A DNA stretch of 61,906 nt, counting the filler, from Rhabdomonas costata (lineage: Eukaryota): assembly GCA_019059605.1 (NCBI GenBank). It is 19 parts of 19 records of this genome, joined end to end, with 100 filler letters (N's around TTAATTAATTAA, not from the genome) between each part and the next. Parts side by side here need not be neighbours in the genome. Positions count along the whole stretch, not along the records: positions 1 to 3,166 come from JAHMHO010001243.1; positions 3,267 to 6,427 come from JAHMHO010001244.1; positions 6,528 to 9,690 come from JAHMHO010001245.1; positions 9,791 to 12,955 come from JAHMHO010001246.1; 15 more parts are not named here. The stretch is one strand, 5' to 3'. Below, piece by piece: positions 1 to 10,186 of this stretch. The position numbers were made by a program, and so were the translations under genes. The notes under the pieces are model-generated. The model was not told where the DNA came from and did no database searches. It saw only the letters and a program-made list of their open reading frames with translations. Positions within the stretch are counted from its first letter, which is position 1; each line of letters begins with the position of its first letter.

Positions 1-442
1 TTTTCTCAAGCATACCATTTTTTCCGCTAGTGGTTTTCCGGAAAAGGATGCTAGTGGCTGTAAGCTGGCATTTTCGAACTGTCGGTGTTCGGTGAGATTG
101 GGTTTGTCTATAACAGTTTTCATTCTTTAGGCGGTAGCACCTGATCGTACGGGGATCGCATTCATTTTAGTATGGTGAAAGACTCAAACGCTGTGATATG
201 AAATTTGTCTGGGGGCTTGGCTCCCAGGACCCGCGGCTTGTGTTATACTTTGCCACGAAGACTAGTAGGTTACGTCCCGGCCTCAGGCGTCACCTCCTGC
301 CGCTCCGTGTACTGGCTTGATGATCCCGCTGGCCTTAACGTTAATTTGTTTGACCTCGCACACACGAAACAAAATGTACCTCTACCTGGAGGGGAGTCTG
401 TAGGGAGCGGTTGGGCATCTGTGCTCCACTTTTTTTTTGTAG

Positions 443-1466
443 GATGGCCATGAGCTGCTGCGCTTGCAGACAACTGCACAGTATGATCCTTTCCGCTCGA
501 TGGTCAACAAGGGATGGCGCTACTTCACTGTCGGTGTGCATGTTGTGGTTGTTGGAACCGATGGTTGCTCTCAGCGAAAGTTACATTTGTAGAAAGGTGG
601 GCGGGACAGAACCGTCCCCCCCTCCTCCACAACCGTGTTGTCTTTTGCAGTTGGTTGGAGGGGACATGTTTGTGTTTGCCTCCCTCCCCACTTTGGTTTT
701 TCTCCTTTCGCACACCTCTCCTTGTAAAGGAAACACCCACGTTTCTCCCACTTCCAGGGTTTCGTGGCGTTGTTTCGTGCTCCTCTGTATCTGTGTCGTG
801 GACCAAGTTTGAGAACACTGTTGTTCCGTTTTGTTATCGTTTCCCTCGTCCACTCCGTCTCTGCACGAAATCAAATCCTTTTTCTGAAGAAACGCGTATT
901 TCTCTGCTCTCCCCACTTGTGTTTTGTCTTCTACCAACGGGTGCACACCGTCCTCCATAGTATGTAATTCCCAAGGTGATCATCAAGAGTATTCATGCCG
1001 CGGTCGTCGGTATGGGATGGAACTGTAGCTTCTCAGCCTGACGTCCCTGTTCAGGATGAATCGTTACCAGTGAATTCGATTTTCGTGTGCTGATTTGTGA
1101 TCGTTGTGGTTGGGTTGGGTGTGTCACCCCACCGAGTAGGGTGTAAGTTGATGTTCGGCGTTGATTGGTACGCTCACTGTCATCCATTTGCAGATTTTTG
1201 CACCCTCCCTCTCCCGGGTCTTCTTTACAGGGTCCATTAAACCTCGAAGCTCCGGGCCCGTTACAGTGCGAATTTTGGGAGGAAATCCCAATTGGTGCCA
1301 TGGACTTCTGCTTGATGAGCTGACCTTCTCCGACGCATGGCTGCCTTGGGAGGCGGCTAAGCCAGTCTGGGAGGGGCTCTACTGCAGTAACAGTTCCCTG
1401 TACAAACTTGTTCCGGACATTCTTCGAATAATTTTAGGCTTCCTCGCCCCTGTTCCTGTGGAATGA
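443..1466 (+). CDS. PP2/Nictaba-like lectin domain protein, copy 1, last two exons (443-533, 1231-1466)
   Basis: A GT-AG phase-1 join gives ...NKGWRYFTVGSIKPRSSGPVTVRILGGNPNWCHGLLLDELTF..., matching the PP2 C-terminal motifs (GWxExxxG; WKxGLIIDGVxI). It is followed by the tail SLYKLVPDILRIILGFL and a stop. Confidence 0.75.
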
Positions 1467-2461
1467 CTAAATGCTCCATGAAGGACAATAGCACATTTCT
1501 TCATTCTGTTGCTTTTGGTGCTCTGTCGTTTACGAGAAAGAGCTTGCTGACCTGTAATTGCTGTCCGGCTTTCCTCTCTTTGCGCGTGTCTTTGTCTCCG
1601 TGATTCTTGCCATTTCCGTAGTCATTGCGACTGCGAGCCGTCTCGTCATTCGGCATTTCGAGTCAATGAGTGTTGTTACTCTGTGGGATGGAGTTGTCCG
1701 CAGTCATCCGCCGTACGTTTGACACTCTGACCTTAGCGGTGGAGTTTCCTCGCTGAGTGAATTTTTGGTGATGTTATGTTCCTAGCGGTGAGATGCTTTA
1801 TATTACATTGGCTCAACAGAAGATCAATTTTGCTTCAAATTTTTTTTTTGCTTCATTCCTTCCTAATTTTTGATACGTCTGGAATTTTGGAAAATTAAAT
1901 TTGTGAATGTAATGTAAAAGCGAAAATGGCAAAAATAAAAGTGGGGAAAATTAATTCCAACCAGTATTCGACATTGGTTCCAGTTCTAGTATTTCTGGGA
2001 TACAACAATGGTATTCGATGCAGCGCAGCCACCAGAAAACTCCACAAGGACGAGAGGATGTCGTGGTGCTAGTGTGGGGTATTGAGTATGGCATTGACAT
2101 TCAACATCTCCTTCAAAGTTGTCCAATCATACTCCCGAAGGCCGAGGGTGTGGATCACAAAAACGGGCTAATGAGTTAATGGGTAGTGGGACTGCTGCCA
2201 TCGTTGCTGGCGAATGTCCTGCAAACCGAGCTGTCAGGTCGATGCCCCATTATGACGGAGACCGGCTTTTGAGGCTGAAGTGGTGGATGGCTCTGCTCTG
2301 GGCGACGGGTGACCGTACCGTCATCAGGGCTGGGCCAACTTTGAGAAAGCTATTTGTACTGTGGCCAAATCTGGCTTATTCCCTCAAGAGATCTCTCCAT
2401 TGACCTCTCACTCAGGTTGCTTTCTTTCATTCTGTCAGTCTGCTGTTTATTTTCACAAAAG

Positions 2462-2876
2462 ATGCTCAGCGCCTTGCGATACCTTTTAACGGGCCCAGCA
2501 GTGAGAGGTGCGTTCCTTCGCGTGAGGTTAGCTGTGCCAGCAGCTATATGCGACATGAAGTTGTCGATTGCGCGTCTTTTTTCCCAACCCAGACCTTTGG
2601 TCTCGACGCCGAGTGGATGAAAACGCTCCGGAGAAACCTTTGCTGACCGTCAGTGTGGTGCAGAGCTTTGGAATCGTTTGGCTCAACGGACAGTATTGGC
2701 AGCGTGTGAGCACCTCGGAAAGCCCGAGGTATGGGGAGATTGCGAAGCTTCATTCTGTGTGCTGGCTGGAGCTGAACTCTCATCCGCTGACGCTTCCGGG
2801 GCCTGGGTTATACTACGTCAGTTTCCGAATGAAGCTGGAGCTCCTGAACTTTCATGCGGATTGGACTGTCTCGCAG
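2462..2876 (+). CDS. PP2/Nictaba-like lectin domain protein, copy 2, first exons (2462-2507, 2593-2876)
   Basis: FGIVWLNGQYWQRVSTSESPRYGEIAKLHSVCWLE...GLYYVSFRMKL matches the PP2 N-terminal consensus (LSITWGDxxxYWxW...EVAELxxVCWLE...YxVxFxxKL). The intron is GT-AG and phase-consistent. Confidence 0.85.
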
Positions 2877-3166
2877 GTGCTTGCAACCAGTTTTCATGTT
2901 TCGTCCTAAGCATTGCGGTATGCGCGCAGTGTTGTTTATTTGAAGGGAATATTGGGCGTTTTCTTCGTTGACTTAGGGACAGTTGTGTCTGTTTGTTCGT
3001 GTTTGTGTATGTTTGTGCGATGTAAAGACAGAAATATCGAAGTGCAGTGATTTCTGCAGCTAAGGTGGTATCAAAGAGTCTTGAAGGGGCGACTGAACGT
3101 CTTCCGTGCCTGAGTCGCCGCGTTTTTTTGCATGGCTTTGGTTTCGACAGCTGGGTAAGGTATCGC

Positions 3167-3266
3167 NNNNNNNNNNNNNNNNNNNNNNNNNNNNNNNNNN
3201 NNNNNNNNNNTTAATTAATTAANNNNNNNNNNNNNNNNNNNNNNNNNNNNNNNNNNNNNNNNNNNN
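3167..3266. other. Artificial contig-joining spacer (first of 18)
   Basis: 44 N + TTAATTAATTAA (stops in all six frames) + 44 N. It recurs at 6428, 9691, 12956, 16220, 19483, 22745, 26009, 29273, 32564, 35821, 39081, 42344, 45604, 48866, 52128, 55388 and 58647. The contigs between spacers are all 3157-3191 nt, as expected for a size-sorted concatenation. Confidence 0.99.
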
Positions 3267-5547
3267 GGGTTTGGGGTCCGCCGCCCTCGACGGGCGAGGC
3301 CGGCCGTTGCGGGCGTTTGGATCTGTAGAAGACGCGTGAAGAGGACTGTTTGGCCAAGGACTCTCCCAGGTTTACTTTCGTTTAGAACGTTTAGACCAAG
3401 AGCAATAGTGTGCGCTACGCTCATCGACCTCGCACATGAGCCATTGGGAATCGACGGAAAGCGTATAAACAGGAAGGAAACCATTTTATTCCGAAAACCA
3501 CCGAACACTGTTAACCATTCTCAGTTCCTGAGTTGTGCAATTAAGTTTCGCTCGCTTTCTGTCGACACCGTTGAAGCGAAAAAAAAGGGGGGGCAGCTCA
3601 ATTCGGCAGGTGCATGCAGACGAGGACAGACAACGGTGTATTAGGTGTATTCGCGCTATTCGTGGAGCAGCTGGTTGCGACTGTTTTCGTAAAAAGGCAA
3701 CTCAATGAGGAGAATCCTCTCCAAAATGAGAATAGCGTGCAGCACACCGATCAGCTGGTGAACTTCTGGGGAGGCGCCAGTGTACACCTCCTCCGGAGGA
3801 TCGTCGTCCACATCAATCCTGAAAATCCAATGGAGGAACAACGGGCTCCGAAACGCCGTAAATCATTTTCAGAAAGCTCGGTTTTCTGAACCACGCGCAG
3901 AAAAGTGTATGAGCATCAAGTGTGGCTTCTTGACTTTTTTGTGACGTTTTCGATATGTTGTCCATGTCAATGGTTTTGGGGTGTCTGTGGGCGGAAGTCG
4001 TTTTGGGTGTATATGTGAGTGCTATGCAGTGGCTGGGCCGTCAAAGGACTGTATTATCTGATGGCAGAGATCTGTGCATAAAGGCAACCTGAGCCCTTCG
4101 ACTGAGGGTGGTGCAGTTAAGTATCGGACTCGAAACCCCGCGATGAGCCCCCGTCAGACTGTAATGAGCTTCGCTCAGGATCAATGGATGAATGACAAGA
4201 AACAAAAGTGTCCCTGGCAGCTCAGGTTTCAGTTGGTTGAGCTTGTGGCAGGTTCAGCATTCCTTTTAACTCGTTTGGTCAGCAGCTATTCGGGTAATGC
4301 CACTCAGGGCGCGCGGAAAAGGGAGGGAAGCTGCCCTTGTGATGAGCTGGAGCCTTGGGCTTGACTGGCAGGTGCCGCCGCGGCAGGCATGCCAGAAGCC
4401 AGAAAGAGATTGACGGCCTCCGTAAGGTCCCAGCTCACGCTCTGCGAAACAATCCGCATCAATGAACACAAGCACACAAAATGTTAAACTATGAATATAC
4501 CGTAGGCACAACTCAACAACATCGCCTTTTCGGCGAACAGTGGGGCGAAACCGAAGACAAAGATTTAAGCGCCTATTTTGACTATTTTTGGCGATTTTTG
4601 AGGCAAATTTCCGCGGTTTTACTGAGCATTTTATGGTTGTTTCAGGTCAAAGTTGACTCTTTTTTGCCCCCCCCCCTTAGACTTCACACGCGAGCAAGAG
4701 ACGGTCATGGTGCAAGAAGGATTTTCAAGGGGAGCACTGTCCAAGGATCAAAAAGGAGAATCGGAATTATTGGCCACGTGCCCAATGATAAAAAAATGCC
4801 TCGCCCAAGTATGTGTGTACTTGTTTCTTGGCCCAGTGACTGTGATTCTTGATCTGCTGCATGCGTGTAGGTGTGTCCTTTTTGGTTATGGGCTGTGATT
4901 GCGTGTTGAAGTGGCCGTGTTTCGCAAGGTTGAGAGGAATGGCGCCTCGATGCCGCTTGAGGTGCGGCCTTCTCGCACGGAGTGCCAGAAGGGATTATTT
5001 GCCACCCAGGCTGCGCGTCTTGGGTTAGGGGCAGCTTTTCTTTCCGTCATCCTCTCCTTCACTTGTACGTGTGTGTGTGTGTGTGTGTGCACGTGCATTT
5101 CCTTACCGTCTCTTCATCGAACTAACATGCACAAACGCGAATCAATATACACAACTGTCCCTAAGTCAAAGAAGAAGTGGACACTATGGAGATAATCATT
5201 TTAATATTGAGTCTTGTCATTTACTCAGTAACAACAACAACAACAACAACAACCCGCCCCCCCACATAAAAACTGAGAAAAAGGCACTCTGGCAGCCGGC
5301 TATGGCTAAGTTTTCCAAAGTGGCTGAAGCGACTGCTCGCAGGAGTTGCTGGACTGCATATCTTGCGCCAGTCGGCGTTGCGTGTCAATGCTTGACGATA
5401 ATCTGTATGTATGGTGGTCAAACGCAGACCACAATGGAGCATAAGGACAAAGAGGAGGGGGGGGGGAACCTCAAGAAAGGAGGAAGCGACATCGCCCTGC
5501 AGACCGGTGATGGCCACAAAGTTGGATAGGACCTCATCGTTCTTCAT
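3267..5547 (-). CDS. N-terminal UBA-like (UBA_4) domain protein, probably UBX/p97-cofactor type; 5' part (exons 5547-5470, 4441-4335, 3818-3748, 3322-3267)
   Basis: The spliced product MKNDEVLSNFVAITGLQGDVASSFLE|SVSWDLTEAVNLFLAS is a typical UBA-like FxxITG...FLExxxWDLxxAVxxF pattern, followed by an acidic linker. All phases are consistent if intron 2 is GC-AG. No UBX domain is seen within the contig. Confidence 0.75.
4633..4754 (+). repeat. Dispersed intronic repeat, copy A
   Basis: Aligns by eye with 19624-19738 (shared ATGGTTGTTT..GGTCAAA, TTCACA.GCGAG, GGTCATGGTGCA, GGGGAG.ACTGT, AGGATCAAAA). Confidence 0.8.
5230..5253 (+). repeat. (AAC)8 microsatellite in intron
   Basis: Read directly from the sequence. 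Confidence 0.95.
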
Positions 5548-6728
5548 TGGTTCAAGGTGCAGGCAGCAGAAACGAGGCAAAAAAAATACCCCAGAAACAC
5601 ACCACAGCAAATTGGGCACAAACTTTCTTGATTACAACCACAACAAATGCACAGAAGTGTTGCTTGGAGAAAGGCAGGGAGAAAGGGGCTCCGTCCGAAT
5701 CTGTTGCGGCTTCAAAAGGCAGAGGTAAGAGATTGAAGGAGGGGGGAGGTGCCCGCATAAATTGGCGGTTCTGAGCAGGAGGGGGCACCGCATCCAAGAC
5801 CCAACCACCCAATCAGATGTGGGGCATCAAAGTGAGTCCACCCAAGATAGGTTTTAGGCATACCTCGAAATTTATCGTGAAAATGGGGGAAAGAAGGTCA
5901 AAACGTAAAGGGTACTGCAAAACTACCCGCAAGTGTCTAGAATCACCGAGCTGGCTAGGGGAGAGAGGGGATCCCCAGTGGTATTGCACCCTTATCCAGC
6001 GGCCGGCAGGCAGTTAAGGAGCGGAGAGGTCACTGGCAATCGTGACTAGCACTACTGTTTGTCGAAGTGGGGAACATGATTACTGGAAGATTCCTGGAGT
6101 GGCATAATATGGGTCTCGCGGGCTGGCGGATTTTAGCAGATGATTAGCAAAGAAAATCATCATGGTGATGATCACCCCCTCTTCAAGTAGAATAACACCC
6201 CTCCCACACCCCTGAACTTCGAAAGCCTCTGAATCCAGGCCTTCACAAACCCACCCACCTGCATCCATTTCCCTCCACCTTGCATGTTCTGTGTTCAACC
6301 ACCACACTCCACAGAAGATGCAACCCGGACAACAGCGAGACACAGCCTTCCACAAACTCAGCCTTCCCGCCCCGGAAGCACGACAAAAAGAAAAGCCCCT
6401 AAAGAGGACAGATCCCCACCAAACAAANNNNNNNNNNNNNNNNNNNNNNNNNNNNNNNNNNNNNNNNNNNNTTAATTAATTAANNNNNNNNNNNNNNNNN
6501 NNNNNNNNNNNNNNNNNNNNNNNNNNNGGGGGGGTGGGGTTAATTTCCCTATGTACGTGTACGTATGTACGCACTGTGATTCTCTTTGCTGCCAGGGTGT
6601 TCGGGTGTTTTGGATCGGGCTAGCTCTGGGCTCCACGATTTGCGCTTTTGTTTGGCCTGTTGAGATTTTTTTTGTGGAGCTTGTGCCTAGAATAATAGAC
6701 TCGCTGGGTGATGCTTTACCTTCTTCAG

Positions 6729-8977
6729 ACTTGTCCCCTCCCATGGGGGAGCCATGAGCACCATCGGCACCCATTACCAGCGTCCTCCTCTGGTGGAAAG
6801 TACAACTCGAGTTCGGTATGTGTGTGCGTGGTTTTGAAGTGTTCCGAGTTCTGATTCTATATATCCGTATTCTAATCGCTTTTTCTGTATTTGCCGCGTC
6901 GCGGGTATTTTTTATGACGAGGACAAAGGGTGAAGTTTGGCGTGCCCGCTCTCTTTCTCTCTCAGATACCTCTCTTCGGGAGGTGTGGCTGCGGCTCCGC
7001 GTTCCGCTGCTGTCAGTGCGATTGAGGGGCGTCTCAACCGTTCCGTAGAGGGAATTCCTGAGCCAACCCGAAACCGGTTTGTTCCTGGGAATGCGCCGCG
7101 GAATTCAATGCATGAATGCACAAAAGTTCAAAATATGCATCGTGTGCATCGCAGCAGTTTGGCAGTTACTTGTTCCCATTGTTTCTATGAATTGCGTCAT
7201 CTCAGGTGTGGGGCTCGTGTGGTGTTTGAAAGAAAGAGAATGGTGCTGCAGTTGAGAAAGTATGTCACTGTGTTGTATTTGCACCTCAACCGCAGGTGCA
7301 AACGCATGTTTGGGTGCGTTTGTTTCTTAGTTTTCCGTGAGGTATCTTTCTACTCCTTTTCTGTGCAGATATCGATCGCTTCCCGCCTCCGCCGCATCAA
7401 CTTCCTCCGTGCCCTTGTCACTCTATTCCTCCTCAATAGTGGACAGCGGTGCTCGGTAAGCTTACAATGGGAGGGGGGGGGCACGTCTCGTTTTGTACGC
7501 GATAGCTGGCGAGTGTTTGCGTGTTGAGAACGGAACTTTTCAGCGGCAGCCTTACATCGTTGACCTTATCGGGGAGAGTATGAAATGTCTGGCGTGCTTT
7601 TTCTCCGCCGCCATGAGTCGCTTTGATGTTTGTTTTCAGATGGGATTGGCTCCGTGTTTCTCTGTGTTGCGGCGAGTCGCAGGGGTATGAAATATCCATG
7701 TGCAAAAGCCAATCTGATCCTCCCAACCTGGCACGAGTTCTGCGGCCGAGCACGCCTGCACCTTTGATGCACGCACTGGCCACTTTTGTGCAGTTACCGC
7801 TCCTTGCAAACCACGGCTTTGGACACCTCCACGGGTGAACGCCACTACACTTCGGCAGCGGCTGCAAGCGCCGTTCCTGTTCGGTGCGCGTCTGTGGGGT
7901 TACCTTGTGTCTTTCTCGCGTGCCTCGTCCGCTGCTGCTTAAGAATTTGATTGCGCGCTCAAGTTGTCATTGTTTTTCAGCGAGTCCGGGAACGTGAGTA
8001 CTCGTTGTCTCCTTCTCGTCCCACCTCCACTACCGCCGCCGCCGCCGCCATCCCCAAAACTAAGCGACCAAGCGAAAGTTGTAGTTATCATTCAGCTCAC
8101 TGCGGTCATAGGTCCCTCATCTGGAGAGATACTCTGGCCAATGGGTGTTTGCCAAAGGGGCAACACCACACAAAAACACACAGACACGAACACAAACACA
8201 CACAGAGATTAAGGTACACACACAGCTTGTGAAGGTATTTTGCAACGTGGTTTTTTTTTTGCTGTTTTCACTCGGCGGGCGGGGGATGCGCATCTCTTTA
8301 CGAATGCTCAGATACGTCTCATCGGCAGTAAACGCGACGCCGCTGAGAATGTCTGCCGCTGGCACAACTGATGGGCGTCTTTACCGTTCCGCTGCCCCTG
8401 CGGACATGGAGGGAACGTTCGAGTCAACCCGAGACCGGTTTGCCGGAGAGATTGCATTGCGGGACGAATTGAGCGCATTGATTTTTTTGATGTGACCGTC
8501 AAAAAATTAGATCGTGTATGCAACCGAAAACCTGACGTACCACACACACGCATTCACACGATCGCACTATCGATCATCATGTAATTGCTGGTCGCTCGCC
8601 AATCTCGAGATATTTAGCACGCTGTAAGATCCCATGCAATTTCTCCAAGGTCAAACCCCTCCCATGACTTGGCCAGTAATGTCTCCCGTAGTGAAGAAAA
8701 TATGGCCCTTGGGCACCAAAAAGTCGTTTGTGCCTTTTAAACCGTTTTCCCTGCTGCTATTGCTGTAGTGCTATTCTTTCAGCGGATGGGGTCACACCCC
8801 TCAGCTGCAACACCCACCCCAACCTTGCGCAAATATTGTTGTTTACAATCGCAGCTTTCGATCCCTGCCCAGCTCCACCGCTGTACCTGCCTCGGCCGTG
8901 AATCCTCCGCCCCGGCCCCGGGCAGAGGGTGAGCCGCTGTACTCCTTTTTTGTGGTGGAAAGCGCTGCCCTCAATCG
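6729..8977 (+). CDS. Ser/Ala/Arg-rich repetitive protein, six internal symmetric exons (6729-6815, 6966-7076, 7369-7455, 7794-7883, 8312-8437, 8855-8977)
   Basis: Each exon follows a CAG acceptor, ends in CG|GT, has a length divisible by 3 and is open in the same phase. The peptides are mutually similar (RYLSS/RYVSS; RYRSL/RFRSL). Confidence 0.75.
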
Positions 8978-9574
8978 GTAAGACAGAGTGGCTGTCGTGG
9001 GGGCTGCAGTTTAGCTGGCGCTGACCGTACGGAAGCACTCGCTCGACAAACTTATGAACAGATTGGATGTGCAAGTGTGTAATAGTTATTGGACTGCTGC
9101 AAAACCGCCTTATTAACACCTGCTGGTTTTCATGGGCTTCATTTCGGGCATTTTTTTTTTACTAATTCAGGCGGTGGTGCGGGCAGCGAACCCTCTCCCC
9201 GGCAATGTTCTTGCGATGAAGAACTTTTTTCGTCTCAAGATATGATCCACATGGACTAATATCCGAGCTATGCCTACTACCGCTGTGACTTCCGACTGTA
9301 CCAAACCTTTTTGCCACCATGAGTTGTTTGTACCACCCGCACTCCTCCGCTCCGTGTAGCTCCCTGCACACCGCGGCTCTGGGCACCTCCGCGGGCGAAC
9401 GGTTCTTCACATCTGCTGCGATGGAGAGTGCCATTCCCATTCGGTGCGTCTTTATCTTTGCATGAACATGAGCGTGTGCTTTGTGCGCTAAATTGATTCC
9501 TCTCCGCCCTCTTCCTACTTCCCCAGGTCGTCTTCCCCCACATAAACGCACCTTCCTTCCCCGTTCTCGGAAGG

Positions 9575-9690
9575 ATGTCCCGAGCCGGCTGCGTGCTGGC
9601 ATTGTTGGTACTAGCGGTGGCCATTGCTGTGCCGTTTGTCTTGGCCGCCTTCACCAGGACGGGATCGATCTCCACTTTGATCACCAACAC
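9575..9690 (+). CDS. Possible start of a secreted or membrane-anchored protein
   Basis: MSRAGCVLALLVLAVAIAVPFVLAAF is a hydrophobic N-terminus, downstream of a pyrimidine-rich CAG at about 9526. It is truncated by the contig end. Confidence 0.4.
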
Positions 9691-10186
9691 NNNNNNNNNN
9701 NNNNNNNNNNNNNNNNNNNNNNNNNNNNNNNNNNTTAATTAATTAANNNNNNNNNNNNNNNNNNNNNNNNNNNNNNNNNNNNNNNNNNNNGTGTTGTTGT
9801 GAACATTCAAGGCTGAAGGTATTCAGCACTGTCCTTTTTTTATTGGTCTGGATTGCGCCGTGTTTTCCGTTTTGCATTTGCACCACCGCTTTTGATAGCC
9901 GCGTAACAGCCGGGTTAAAAAGAGCAAGGTTATAAGTTCGTTTCACTGTGTTGTATAATTCATATACGTGCCTCCGTCCTGCCGTTCCTTCACTTCGATG
10001 ACGTTCATCGCAATTAGTCTCAGAATCGGAAAGGAAAAGGATGATGTCATACACCATTAGCAGGATTCAAGCGGTGTTTAAAAAACAGAAAGGATCTCGC
10101 CTATGCCCCGTGAAGTTCATTGGATCCGACTTCTTCATTCTTACTATTCTTTCGCACTCTGATTGGCAGCCTGGGTTGCTGTACAG

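Noticed and set aside
205-453. ORF with SCRSVYWLDD resembling PP2 SVCWLE
   Set aside because: The similarity is too short, and the region is better explained as the intron upstream of exon 443.
1664-1731. Possible hairpin, SECIS or C/D snoRNA downstream of the lectin stop
   Set aside because: Only short complementary patches are present, with no proper C box or SECIS core and apical AA.
1964-2180. FDIGSSSSISGIQQWY...VVVLVWG resembling a small-GTPase segment
   Set aside because: There are no G1, G3 or G4 motifs and no compatible flanking exons.
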